From NCBI GenBank assembly GCA_017577575.2, contig PKRG02000004.1, positions 28,742 through 92,741 on the forward strand: a DNA stretch of 64,000 nucleotides, written 5' to 3'. Made by a program: the position numbers and the translations under genes. This DNA comes from Acidimicrobiia bacterium. GTDB lineage: Bacteria; Actinomycetota; Acidimicrobiia; Spongiisociales; ZC4RG35. Positions 1 through 8,961 of the stretch are shown piece after piece. Each line of letters opens with the position of its first letter. Position 1 is the stretch's first letter. The notes under the pieces are model-generated. The model did no database searches, was not told the DNA's origin, and was given only the letters and a program-made list of their open reading frames with translations.

Positions 1-383
1 ACATCGACGGTGACCGCCTCGGCATCCGCAGCCACCAGTGTCCCACGATGGGTGCGGACCTTGCCGTCTTCGTCACGGGCCTTGATCACCACCTCCCGCC
101 CGACCGACTTCTCGAAATGGCGCGGCCGTTTCAGGGCCCGCTCCAGGCCGGGAGAGGTGACCTCCAACTGATACGGTCCTTCGAGGTCCGATTCGGCGTC
201 GTAGAGCCGCGAGAGCCCCCGGGAGACCTCGGCTATCCGGTCGAGGTCCAGGCCTTCCCCGTCGATCGTGACCTTGAGGGTCCGGCCCCGCCCGCGTCCG
301 ACCAGTTCGAGATCGTCGAGCTCCAGCCGCTCCGCGGCCAGATATTCGTGGGTGATCTCCCACAACTCGGCTTCCACACTCAT
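1..383 (-). CDS. rimP: Ribosome maturation factor RimP (partial; C-terminus runs off the window start)
   Basis: Not in the ORF track because there is no stop inside the window. My translation of the minus strand from ATG (383..381) gives MSVEAELWEITHEYLAAERLELDDLELVGRGRGRTLKVTIDGEG...YQLEVTSPGLERALKRPRHFEKSVGREVVIKARDEDGK. The 'EV(S/T)SPGLxRxL' block is the RimP signature as I remember it. Confidence 0.8.
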   Translation of the reverse strand, partial: MSVEAELWEITHEYLAAERLELDDLELVGRGRGRTLKVTIDGEGLDLDRIAEVSRGLSRLYDAESDLEGPYQLEVTSPGLERALKRPRHFEKSVGREVVIKARDEDGKVRTHRGTLVAADAEAVTVD

Positions 384-428
384 CTGTCGTTCTCTCTTCG
401 CAGGCACGGCCGGTGTCCACAGCAATAA

Positions 429-447
429 GGTGGGCCAGACGCCCACC
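429..447 (-). terminator. Stem-loop GGTGGGC-N5-GCCCACC followed on the minus strand by TTATTGCT; either the serC terminator or an attenuator in the rimP leader
   Basis: Perfect 7-bp GC-rich stem with a 5-nt loop. The minus-strand RNA continues UUAUUGCU. It lies between the serC stop (528) and the rimP start (383). Confidence 0.4.
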
Positions 448-482
448 TCATGCGAGAAGACCGGTTCAGTTGGCAGGTTCCG

Positions 483-488
483 ATTATA
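483..488 (-). promoter_or_regulatory. Candidate -10 hexamer TATAAT (minus strand) inside the small palindrome CCGAT-TAT-ATCGG
   Basis: Plus strand reads ccgATTATAtcgg (480..492), so the minus strand reads TATAAT. This is a rare AT-rich island in GC-rich DNA, about 100 nt upstream of the rimP ATG. No convincing -35 element. Confidence 0.3.
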
Positions 489-527
489 TCGGTCGGTGCC
501 GCCCAAGCCGAACGGATGTGAGCCCGC

Positions 528-1604
528 TCAGGGGCGGTTGTCTGCGGCGAATTCCTCCATGAACGCCACCAGGGCTTCCACCGCCGGCATCTCCGTGGCG
601 GCGTAGATGGAGGCGCGGATTCCGCCCACGCTGCGATGCCCCTTCAGCCCGACGAGGCCCGCTCGCTTCGCCTCGGCGACGAACGTGGCCTCCAGCTCCT
701 CAGTGGGGAGCCGCCAGACGACGTTGGTGTGGGACCGGACCGCGGGGTCCACCGGCGAACGGTAGAAGCCGTCGGAGGCGTCGATTGCCTGATAGACGAG
801 AGCCGACTTCTCCTCCGAGCGCTTCTGGAGGCCCTCCACTCCGCCCCGCTCTTCCAGATGGCGGAGCACCTTGCCCATCAGATACACCTGGAACATCGGA
901 GGGGTGTTGGCGAGGGAATCGCCTTCCACATGGGTCGCATACCGCAGGTACGCACCCAGCTCGGGGCGGTCCTCGACGGCCGACTTGCGGACGAACACCA
1001 GCGCCATCCCGGCCGGAGCGAGGTTCTTCTGCACTCCCCCGTAGACGATGTCGTAGAGCCTCCAATCGATCGGGCGGGCCAGGTAGTCCGACGACATGTC
1101 GGCGACGAGCGGGACTCCCAGATCGGGGAAGTCGACCATCCGGATCCCGTTGATGGTCTCGTTCGAGGTCACGTGCAGGTAGCGGGTGCCGGGGCGGACC
1201 TCGATCTCGTCCGGCGCCGGCATGGTCGTGTATCCCGACTCCTTGCCGCTCCACGCCACATAGCCGCCCAGCGCGGCGGCGTCGGCCAATGCCTTCTCGC
1301 CCCACGAGCCGGCGACCACGTAGCCGGCCGTGTTCCCCTCCGACAGGAGGTTCATCGGCACCATCGAGAACTGGAGCGTCGCCCCGCCCTGCAGGAAGAG
1401 GATCTCGAAGTCGTCCGGCGCTCCGGAGACCCGCCGCACCCTCTCCTTGGCGTCGTCGTGGATCGCCTGGTACTCGGCCGAGCGGTGGCTCATCTCGATG
1501 ACCGTCATGCCGGTGTCCCCGTACTCGGGGAACTCGTCACGGACCTCTTCGAGGACCTCGAGGGGGAGGGCGCAGGGGCCGGCTCCGAAGTTGTGGACGC
1601 GCAT
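528..1604 (-). CDS. serC: Phosphoserine aminotransferase
   Basis: Track ORF 528..1841 trimmed to the internal ATG at 1604: MRVHNFGAGPCALPLEVLEEVRDEFPEYGDTGMTVIEMSHRSAEYQ...FLQGGATLQF. The upstream 79 aa are R/S/A-rich junk that overlaps the fdhD start region. Confidence 0.9.
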   Translation of the reverse strand: MRVHNFGAGPCALPLEVLEEVRDEFPEYGDTGMTVIEMSHRSAEYQAIHDDAKERVRRVSGAPDDFEILFLQGGATLQFSMVPMNLLSEGNTAGYVVAGSWGEKALADAAALGGYVAWSGKESGYTTMPAPDEIEVRPGTRYLHVTSNETINGIRMVDFPDLGVPLVADMSSDYLARPIDWRLYDIVYGGVQKNLAPAGMALVFVRKSAVEDRPELGAYLRYATHVEGDSLANTPPMFQVYLMGKVLRHLEERGGVEGLQKRSEEKSALVYQAIDASDGFYRSPVDPAVRSHTNVVWRLPTEELEATFVAEAKRAGLVGLKGHRSVGGIRASIYAATEMPAVEALVAFMEEFAADNRP

Positions 1605-1659
1605 GCCGCCATGGTGCCACAACGGCTGCGGGCCCAACGCGGGCCCTACGCTGGGGCCG

Positions 1660-2451
1660 ATGACCGTCGTCAAACGTGCCGTGATCGCCGTGGAAGGCGC
1701 TGAGGCGGCGGAGCGCCACGACCACCTCGCCGAGGAGGGCCCGCTCGAGATCCGCATGTCCGCCACTCCCCTGGCGGTGCTCATGCGCACGCCCGGAGCC
1801 GACGCCGATCTGGCACGCGGCTTCGCCCTCACGGAGGGCATCGTGCTCTCTCCCGACGAGATCGCCTCCGTCGAGCCGGTGGGAGACGGCGACCGGGTGG
1901 AGCTGCGCCTCGCTCCCGGGGTGGTCGTCGACCCAGAGAGATTCCGCCGCTCTGCCTACGTCTCCTCGTCGTGCGGCGTGTGCGGCAAGGCCTCGATCGA
2001 CGCGGTCCGGGTGGCGGGCCGCAAGCCGCCTCCGGGCCCCCGCCTGGATCCGTCGATGCCGCCGCGGTGGATCGATGCGCTCGAGGGGTCCCAGCCCGGG
2101 TTCGCCCGGTCCGGCGGACTCCACGCCGCCGCCGTGTGCCTTCCCGACGGCACCGTGCTGGCGGCCGCCGAGGACGTCGGCCGTCACAACGCCGTGGACA
2201 AGGCGATCGGGGCGCTCTCGACGCGTAGGTGGCCCTTCGGCGAGGTGGTGCTGGCTGTGTCGGGGAGGATCTCCTTCGAGATCACCCAGAAGGCGGCGGT
2301 CGTCGGCATCCCGGTGGTCGCCGGCGTCTCGGCGGCATCGTCGCTCGCCGCCGAGTTGGGCGACGAGCTGGGCCTGACGGTCATCGGGTTCAACCGGGGG
2401 AACCGGTTCGTCGTGTACTCCGGGGCGGACCGCTTGACCGGCCTGGGTTGA
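1660..2451 (+). CDS. fdhD: Sulfur-carrier/formate dehydrogenase accessory protein FdhD
   Basis: Track ORF 1330..2451 trimmed to ATG 1660 (MTVVKRAV...). Motifs SSCGVCGKASID and GRHNAVDKAIG are typical of FdhD. Confidence 0.85.
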   Translation: MTVVKRAVIAVEGAEAAERHDHLAEEGPLEIRMSATPLAVLMRTPGADADLARGFALTEGIVLSPDEIASVEPVGDGDRVELRLAPGVVVDPERFRRSAYVSSSCGVCGKASIDAVRVAGRKPPPGPRLDPSMPPRWIDALEGSQPGFARSGGLHAAAVCLPDGTVLAAAEDVGRHNAVDKAIGALSTRRWPFGEVVLAVSGRISFEITQKAAVVGIPVVAGVSAASSLAAELGDELGLTVIGFNRGNRFVVYSGADRLTGLG

Positions 2452-4164
2452 TCAGCGGGCCGCTTCCACCGCCGCGGCCACCGTGGCGACGACCTCGTCG
2501 AGGGGGACCTCCCGGGTCTCCATCGTGGCCCGTTCCGTCACCTCCACGGTCCCGGCCTCGATCCCGCGGGGACCGACGGTGACCCGCCACGGGATCCCGA
2601 TGAGCTCGGCGTCTGCGAACTTCACCCCGGGGCGCTCCAGGCGGTCGTCCAACAGCACCTCCACGCCGGCTTCGATGAACCTCCGGTAGAGGTCCTCGCC
2701 GGCGGCCGCCGCCGCCTCCTCGTCGGCGCGCAACACGGTGACCACCACCTCATAGGGGGCGACGCTCACCGGCCACACGATCCCTCGCTCGTCGTGGTGG
2801 GTCTCCACCACCGCCGCCATGTTGCGCTCGACGCCGATGCCGTAGGAGCCCATCACGATGGGATGGGACTCGCCCTCCTCGTCGAGGACGTAGGCGTCGA
2901 AGGCGATCGAGTACTTCGTGCCCAGCTTGAAGATGTGGCCGACCTCGATCCCCTTCCACATCTCGAGGGGCGAGCCGCAGGCGATGCAGGGCTCGCCGGC
3001 GGCGACGGCCCGCAAATCCGCCCACGTGAACTCTCCGAAGTCCCGCTCGGGATCGACCCCGGTGAGGTGCCAGTCGTCCTCGTTGGCGCCCGTGACCATG
3101 TTGTAGCGGCCCCGGAGGGCTTCGTCGACGTAGATCGGGATCCCGCTGACCCCGACCGCGCCGAGGCTCCCGGGCAGGGCGCCGAGCGCCTCCTTCACCT
3201 CTTCGGGCTGGGCCGGGCGGGCCTCGGCCGCTCCCGTGGCGTCGAGGAGCTTCTGCTCCTGCAGGTCGTGATCTCCCCGGACGACCGCCAGCGTGAGCTC
3301 GCCGTCGACGACGTAGACGAGTGTCTTGAGCTGCCGCTCCGGCGAGGCGACGTCGGGGTGCGCCTCGGCGAGAGCGGCGATGGTGCGGATCCCGGGCGTG
3401 GCGAGGCGCTCCGGTGAGGGGGCCCGCTCGCCATCGTCGACGTCGGCGACGCGGGAGACGGCCTTCTCCAGGTTGGCCGAGTAGTCGCAGTTCGGGCAGG
3501 TGACCACCCAGTCCTCGCCGGCGTCGCTTCGCACCATGAACTCGACGGACTCGGACCCTCCCATGCCCCCGGAGGAGGCGTCGACGGGGGTGACGTCCAG
3601 CCCGAGGCGACGGAAGATCGCCAGATACGCCTGGCGGTGTTTCTCGAAGCCGACGTCGAGGCCGGCCTCGTCGATGTCGAGGGTGTAGGAGTCCTTCATC
3701 GTGAACTCCCTGACCCGCAGCAGGCCGGCCTTGGGGCGGGGCTCGTCGCGGTACTTGGTGTGGATCTGGTACCAGATCTGGGGCAGCTGCCGGTAAGAGG
3801 TGAGCTCGGAGGCGACGATGGCGAAGAGCTCCTCCTCGGTCATCCCCATGACGTGCTCTACGCCCTTTCGGTCGACCATCTTGAAGAGGTTGTCGCCCAT
3901 CAACTCGTAGCGGCCCGACCGCTTCCAGATCTCGGCGGGGTGCAGGGTGGGCAGCACCACTTCCTGGCCGCCGATCCGGTTCATCTCCTCGCGGATGATG
4001 TTTTCGATCTTGAGCCGGGTGCGCTGGCCCAGCGGCAGCATCGAGTAGTGGCCGGCGGCCAGCTGGCGGATGAAGCCGGCGCGGACGAGGAGCCGGTGGG
4101 AGACCGCTTCGGCGCCGGCGGGGTCGTCACGGAGGGTGGGGATGAACGCTTGCGACCAACGCAT
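2452..4164 (-). CDS. proS: Prolyl-tRNA synthetase (bacterial type with editing insertion)
   Basis: 570 aa. MRWSQAFIPTLRDDPAGAEAVSHRLLVRAGFIRQLAAGHYSMLPLG is the classic ProRS N-terminus. Class II motifs follow throughout. Confidence 0.95.
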   Translation of the reverse strand: MRWSQAFIPTLRDDPAGAEAVSHRLLVRAGFIRQLAAGHYSMLPLGQRTRLKIENIIREEMNRIGGQEVVLPTLHPAEIWKRSGRYELMGDNLFKMVDRKGVEHVMGMTEEELFAIVASELTSYRQLPQIWYQIHTKYRDEPRPKAGLLRVREFTMKDSYTLDIDEAGLDVGFEKHRQAYLAIFRRLGLDVTPVDASSGGMGGSESVEFMVRSDAGEDWVVTCPNCDYSANLEKAVSRVADVDDGERAPSPERLATPGIRTIAALAEAHPDVASPERQLKTLVYVVDGELTLAVVRGDHDLQEQKLLDATGAAEARPAQPEEVKEALGALPGSLGAVGVSGIPIYVDEALRGRYNMVTGANEDDWHLTGVDPERDFGEFTWADLRAVAAGEPCIACGSPLEMWKGIEVGHIFKLGTKYSIAFDAYVLDEEGESHPIVMGSYGIGVERNMAAVVETHHDERGIVWPVSVAPYEVVVTVLRADEEAAAAAGEDLYRRFIEAGVEVLLDDRLERPGVKFADAELIGIPWRVTVGPRGIEAGTVEVTERATMETREVPLDEVVATVAAAVEAAR

Positions 4165-4195
4165 CGTGCGCAGGTTAACGACCCTGGCGGAGGCC

Positions 4196-5398
4196 CTACT
4201 CAGCGATTTGGGCGACCCGGGCGCGCCGCTCGGCGGTCCGGTTGGCGTCGCCTTGGATCTCGACCAGTTGCTTTCTCGTCTCTTGCGCGATGGCGGCAGC
4301 GCCGACGTCGGCGGCGGCGAGCCGCGCCTCGACGCCTTCGGCGGCGAGCTTCCTCGCCTCGTCCAGCAGGGCTTCGACCATCTCCTGTTCCGGCACGACC
4401 CTGACGACCTGGCCCTTTATGAACAGGTGGCCCCTCCCCCGCCCGGCGGCGATGCCGATGTCAGCTTCCCGGGCCTCTCCCGGCCCGTTGACCACGCATC
4501 CCATCACCGCCACCTGGATGGGGAGCCCTTCGGCTTCGAGCGCCTTCTGCGCCTGGGTGGCCACCTCGATCACGTCGACTTCGGCTCGGCCGCAGGAGGG
4601 GCAGGCGATCAGGTCCAGGCTGGTCCGTTCCCGCAGGCCCAGGTACTCGAGGAGCTGGCGGGCCGCCTTGGCTTCCTCGATCGGATCGGCGGTGAGGGAG
4701 AAGCGGATCGTGTCGCCGATCCCTTCCATCAGCAGCGTCCCGATGCCCGCCACGGACTTGATGATCCCGCCCGGCGGCGGCCCCGCTTCGGTGACCCCCA
4801 GGTGCAGCGGGTAGTCGACCTTCTCCGACAGCAGTCGGTAGGCGGCGACCATGGAGGGCACTTGGGAATGTTTCACCGAGATCTTGATGTCGGTGAAATC
4901 GACCTCCTCGAGGTAGCGGATCTCCTTGAGCGCCGACTCCACCAGGGCCTCGGGGACGGGCCCGCCGTACTTCTCCAGCAGGTCTTTGTCGAGCGAGCCG
5001 GCGTTGACGCCGACCCGGATCGGCAGGCCCCTGTCCTTGGCTTCGCGGGCGACCGTCTTGATGTGCTCCTCGTTGCGGATGTTCCCCGGATTCAGACGCA
5101 ACCCGTGAACCCCTGCCTCCATGGCAGCGAGAGCGAGCTTGTACTGGAAGTGGATGTCGGCCACGATCGGCACCGGCGAACGCGGCACGATCTCGGCGAG
5201 GGCTTGGGCGGCTTCGACGTCGTTGCAGGTGATGCGGACGATGTCGGCTCCGGCGCCGCGCAACGCGTAGACCTGGGCGAGGGTGCCTTCGACGTCGGCC
5301 GTCTTCGTCGTGGTCATCGACTGGACGGACACGGGGGCCCCTCCGCCGACCGCGACATCACCCACGCGGATCTGGCGGGTTTCCTTGCGGGGGATCAC
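4196..5398 (-). CDS. ispG: 4-hydroxy-3-methylbut-2-enyl diphosphate synthase (IspG/GcpE)
   Basis: This is the 3' part of track ORF 4196..6412: ...RQIRVGDVAVGGGAPVSVQSMTTTKT...GVNAGSL...ISVKHS...LHLGVTEAG...CPSCGR...MGCVVNGPGE. There is no in-frame ATG near the N-terminus, so I place the start at GTG 5398. A rare CTG at 5443 is the only other option after the rseP stop. Confidence 0.85.
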   Translation of the reverse strand: MIPRKETRQIRVGDVAVGGGAPVSVQSMTTTKTADVEGTLAQVYALRGAGADIVRITCNDVEAAQALAEIVPRSPVPIVADIHFQYKLALAAMEAGVHGLRLNPGNIRNEEHIKTVAREAKDRGLPIRVGVNAGSLDKDLLEKYGGPVPEALVESALKEIRYLEEVDFTDIKISVKHSQVPSMVAAYRLLSEKVDYPLHLGVTEAGPPPGGIIKSVAGIGTLLMEGIGDTIRFSLTADPIEEAKAARQLLEYLGLRERTSLDLIACPSCGRAEVDVIEVATQAQKALEAEGLPIQVAVMGCVVNGPGEAREADIGIAAGRGRGHLFIKGQVVRVVPEQEMVEALLDEARKLAAEGVEARLAAADVGAAAIAQETRKQLVEIQGDANRTAERRARVAQIAE

Positions 5399-5439
5399 GA
5401 CGTCATGGTAGGAACGCTCGCCCCGAACAGGAAGCCCCG

Positions 5440-6549
5440 TCAGAGCCTGATCGGGTCGATGATGTCCAGGACGATGGCGGCCAGGCCGAGGAAGGTGAAC
5501 AGGACGATCACCGCCACCGCCACCGGCACCAGCTTGCGGACGTCGGGCTCCCTCCCTGTGATCTTCTGCCACAGGGCGACGGCGAAATGCCCTCCATCGA
5601 GGGGCAGCAGCGGGATCACGTTGAAGGTGGCGAGGATCACGTTGATCTGGGCGAGCATCATGACGTAGGTGGCGGGCCCGAAGGTGCCCACCTGGGAACC
5701 GACGTTGACGATGCCGATGGGGCTGATCGGCCGTATCTCCGGGGGGACGTCGGTCTGGCCGACGAACACGCCGGCGAGGCGCATCAGCGACTCGGGGCGC
5801 ACCAGCTCGCCCATGACCTGGAAGGTGAGGCGGATGTTCTGCCACACCTCCTGGACGGCGAGCGACGCCCCTTCGACCACGCCCACCGATCGCTCCCGGA
5901 TCGCGGCCTGCACGCCCAGGAACCCGATCTCGCCCGCTTCCGTCTCGAACGTTCCCAGCGTGACGGGGACTTCCAGGGACTCTTCCCCGCGGAGGATGGT
6001 CAGCGTGACCCGCTCGCCCGGCCGGGCCGACAGCTCCTCTTGGATCTCGGTCCACGACGCGTAGGGGGTCCCGTCGATGGCGACGATCCGGTCGCCTATG
6101 CGGATGTCGGCCGAGGCGGCGGCGGTGGGGACACCGTCGCGAGCCTCGACGATGTCGGCGACCATCGGGACCGGCTCGCGGATGCCGGAGGCGACGATGG
6201 CCCCGAAGAACATGACGAAGGCCATGAGGAAGTTCATCCCGACGCCGGCGAGGACCACCACCGACTTCTTCCAGAACGGCTTCTCCCGGTAGGTGCGGCC
6301 GACGTCCTCGGGGGCCACCTCCTCGAAGGGGTTCATCCCGATGATGCGGACGTACCCGCCGGCGGGGATCGCCTTGATGCCGTATTCGGTCTCCCCCCGC
6401 TTGATCGACCACAGCTTCGGCCCGAACCCGAGGAAGAACTCGGTGGCTTTCATGCCGGTGGCTTTGGCAGCGAGGAAGTGGCCGGCCTCGTGTGCCATCA
6501 CGAACAGGGCGATGGCGACGACGGCGATGAGGCCTCCGATCATGGACAC
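5440..6549 (-). CDS. rseP: Site-2 (M50) zinc metalloprotease with PDZ domain, RseP/Rip1-like
   Basis: 369 aa, multi-TM, with HEAGHFLAAKATG (HExxH) near the N-terminus and a central PDZ-like segment. It occupies the conserved dxr-rseP-ispG position. Confidence 0.85.
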   Translation of the reverse strand: MSMIGGLIAVVAIALFVMAHEAGHFLAAKATGMKATEFFLGFGPKLWSIKRGETEYGIKAIPAGGYVRIIGMNPFEEVAPEDVGRTYREKPFWKKSVVVLAGVGMNFLMAFVMFFGAIVASGIREPVPMVADIVEARDGVPTAAASADIRIGDRIVAIDGTPYASWTEIQEELSARPGERVTLTILRGEESLEVPVTLGTFETEAGEIGFLGVQAAIRERSVGVVEGASLAVQEVWQNIRLTFQVMGELVRPESLMRLAGVFVGQTDVPPEIRPISPIGIVNVGSQVGTFGPATYVMMLAQINVILATFNVIPLLPLDGGHFAVALWQKITGREPDVRKLVPVAVAVIVLFTFLGLAAIVLDIIDPIRL

Positions 6550-6556
6550 AACCTAC

Positions 6557-7708
6557 TCACGAAGACGATCTAGCAGAAGCCACCAATTCGGACGCCAAGG
6601 CCCGGGCCTCTGCGTCGGCGGCCAGCACCTGGTCGACGGACGTCAGCTCCGGCTCCCATGCCGCCCTCTGCAGCGTCTCTGCCACCACGTCGACGATAGC
6701 CAGGAAGCCGATTTGGCCGGCGAGGAATGCCTCCACCGCCACTTCGTCGGCGGCGTTGAGGACGCAGGGGGCGGTGCCGCCCCGGCGGGCGGCGTCGAAG
6801 GCGAGGTCGACCGCCGGGAAGGTCTGGCGGTCGACTTCCTCGAACTCGAGGGTCCGCCCGACGAAAGAGAACGGCTCTCCCAGCCCGTCGACGCGCTTCG
6901 GATACGTCAGGGCGTATTGGATCGGGATCCGCATGTCGGGATGGCCGATGTGGGCTTTGAGGCTGCCGTCGACGAACTCGACGGCGGAGTGCACGATCGA
7001 CTGGGGATGCACCACCACGTCGATCCGGTCGAGGTCGACGTCGAACAGGTGGTGGGCTTCGATCACCTCGAGGCCCTTGTTCATCAGTGTCGCCGAGTCG
7101 ACGGTGATGCGGCCGCCCATCCTCCACGTGGGGTGGGCGAGAGCCTCCTCGACCGACACCGACACGAGCTCTTGGCGGCTCCGGCCCCGGAACGGCCCAC
7201 CGGATGCGGTGAGCACGAGGCGGGAGACCGCGCCGCGGTCTTCGCCCTCCAGGCACTGGTGGAGGGCGGAATGCTCGGAATCCACCGGGATGAGCTCACC
7301 GGCCTCGGCGAGCGCCCCCATCACCAGCGGCCCCCCGGCCACGAGGCTCTCCTTGTTGGCGAGGGCCACCCGGTTGCCGGCGTGGAGCGCGGCCAGCGTG
7401 GCACGCAGCCCGGCGGCGCCGACGATCCCGTTGACGACGATGCGTCCCGGCCGTGAGGCCATCTCGGCGACCGCGTCCGGCCCGAAAGCGACCGGGTTGT
7501 CGACGCGGGATGCGAAATCCCTCGCCTCGGCGTCGTCGCCTGCGGCCACCACGATCTCGGTGTCGGGGTAGCGCCGGGCGAGCTCGGCGAGCCGGCGGCT
7601 GGGGCGGTTGGCGGCGAGGCCGTCCACCGACCAGCCGAGATGGGAGATCACATCGAGCGCCTGGCTCCCGATCGAGCCCGTGGCGCCGAGCACCACGACC
7701 TGGCTCAT
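6557..7708 (-). CDS. dxr: 1-deoxy-D-xylulose-5-phosphate reductoisomerase
   Basis: MSQVVVLGATGSIGSQALDV..., LANKESLV, and the HPxWxMG-type block (AHPTWRMGGRITVDSATLMNKGLEVIEAHHLF). Confidence 0.95.
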   Translation of the reverse strand: MSQVVVLGATGSIGSQALDVISHLGWSVDGLAANRPSRRLAELARRYPDTEIVVAAGDDAEARDFASRVDNPVAFGPDAVAEMASRPGRIVVNGIVGAAGLRATLAALHAGNRVALANKESLVAGGPLVMGALAEAGELIPVDSEHSALHQCLEGEDRGAVSRLVLTASGGPFRGRSRQELVSVSVEEALAHPTWRMGGRITVDSATLMNKGLEVIEAHHLFDVDLDRIDVVVHPQSIVHSAVEFVDGSLKAHIGHPDMRIPIQYALTYPKRVDGLGEPFSFVGRTLEFEEVDRQTFPAVDLAFDAARRGGTAPCVLNAADEVAVEAFLAGQIGFLAIVDVVAETLQRAAWEPELTSVDQVLAADAEARALASELVASARSSS

Positions 7709-7712
7709 CGGA

Positions 7713-8960
7713 TCACAGCAGGCCGCGGATCAAAAAGAGCACGTAAGCGGCCGGGACGGCGAACAGGAAGCTGTCGATGCGGTCGAGCATGCCCCCGTGG
7801 CCGGGAAGCACCGAGCCCATGTCCTTGACGCCGAGGGAGCGCTTGACCATCGACTCGGCCAGGTCCCCCAGCGGACCGACCAGGGAGACGACTGCTCCGA
7901 GGATGAGCGAGCCCGTGAACCCGACCTCCTCGTAGGGAGGGAGGGTGGACAGCACCGCAGCGGTCATGACGCCGAACACGACGCCTCCGATGAATCCCTC
8001 GACCGTCTTGTTGGGTGAGAGAGTGGGGGCGAGCGGGCGGCTGCCGAATCCCCGTCCCACGAAGTACGAGCCGATGTCGACCATCGCGCACACGAGGCCG
8101 ACCATGATCACGAAGGCGACGGGATGCTCGGAGCGGCCGAAGGGCACGACGAAGCTGAGGAGGCCCACCCACACCATGCCGAACACCGTGATGGAGGCGT
8201 TCTCCAGCGGGTTGCGCCGGTTGGCGAGCGAATAGACGAGCACCACCAGGACCGTCGCCAGGACGGTCACGCCGGCGATGGCGAAGACGCTGGACACGTG
8301 GGTGAGGATCGGCATGGCGATGACGCCCAGCAACCCGACGATCGCCAGAGGGGCGTACCCCACCCGGCGAACGGTGGCGTAGAACTCGCCCAGAGCCAGC
8401 AGCATCACGATGGCGAGGAAGGACGTGAACCACCAGCCGCCGAGATAGAGGCTGCCGACAAGCAGGCCGACGAGGCCGACGGCGGTGACGACCCGGAGCG
8501 TGAGGTCGGACGCCCGGGCCTGCTCGTAGGCTTCCACCTCCTCTTCGGTGATGCCGCGGCGACCGGTGACGTCCTCGAAGCCGACGAGGCCGGTGTCGAC
8601 CCCCGGCATCGTGGCGACCACCGCCTGCCGCTCGAACTCGGCGTCGCGGAGGCGGGCGATCTCTTCGGCCAGGCCCTTGTACTCCTCGGTGGTGGCGGTT
8701 ATGTAGGTCTCTTCGGACAGGTCGTCGAGGTCGGACGGCTCGCTCGCCATCCTCTCCCAATCGGTCAGGTCGACGTCGGGGGAATCCTGGTCGGGCTCCT
8801 GGTCGGGAGACGCCGGTTCCGCTGGGTCCTCACCGGAGCGGGCCGCCTCCACGGGGCGGGCCGCTGGGGTGGGGTCGTCGCCTTTGGTCTCGCCGGCCGG
8901 GGTCTCGCCCTCTTCGGGCTGTTCCCACGGCCGTCGAAACCGGGGACGTTCCTCGGTCAC
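7713..8960 (-). CDS. cdsA: Phosphatidate cytidylyltransferase with a ~130-aa acidic/Pro-rich N-terminal extension
   Basis: The C-terminal ~280 aa are multi-TM with SPNKTVEGFIGG and GHGGMLDRIDS signatures. The ATG at 8960 sits 1 nt after the frr stop (8962), which supports use of the long form. Confidence 0.85.
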   Translation of the reverse strand: MTEERPRFRRPWEQPEEGETPAGETKGDDPTPAARPVEAARSGEDPAEPASPDQEPDQDSPDVDLTDWERMASEPSDLDDLSEETYITATTEEYKGLAEEIARLRDAEFERQAVVATMPGVDTGLVGFEDVTGRRGITEEEVEAYEQARASDLTLRVVTAVGLVGLLVGSLYLGGWWFTSFLAIVMLLALGEFYATVRRVGYAPLAIVGLLGVIAMPILTHVSSVFAIAGVTVLATVLVVLVYSLANRRNPLENASITVFGMVWVGLLSFVVPFGRSEHPVAFVIMVGLVCAMVDIGSYFVGRGFGSRPLAPTLSPNKTVEGFIGGVVFGVMTAAVLSTLPPYEEVGFTGSLILGAVVSLVGPLGDLAESMVKRSLGVKDMGSVLPGHGGMLDRIDSFLFAVPAAYVLFLIRGLL

Positions 8961-8961
8961 T

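Noticed and set aside
528-1841. N-terminal over-extensions of serC (to 1841). The same pattern applies to fdhD (from 1330), dprA (to 14229), lepB (to 20942), rnc (to 53114), yceD (to 54510), coaD (to 55717) and rsmD (to 56541).
   Set aside because: In each case the extension overlaps the upstream gene in a different frame, is R/P/G-rich, and sits before a conserved family N-terminus that follows an internal ATG, GTG or TTG. These are often 4-nt overlap junctions.
4196-6412. 738-aa ORF suggesting a large IspG fusion protein
   Set aside because: The N-terminal ~340 aa are R/G/P/H-rich and lie out of frame over the well-supported rseP gene. Only the C-terminal IspG part (to 5398) is credible.
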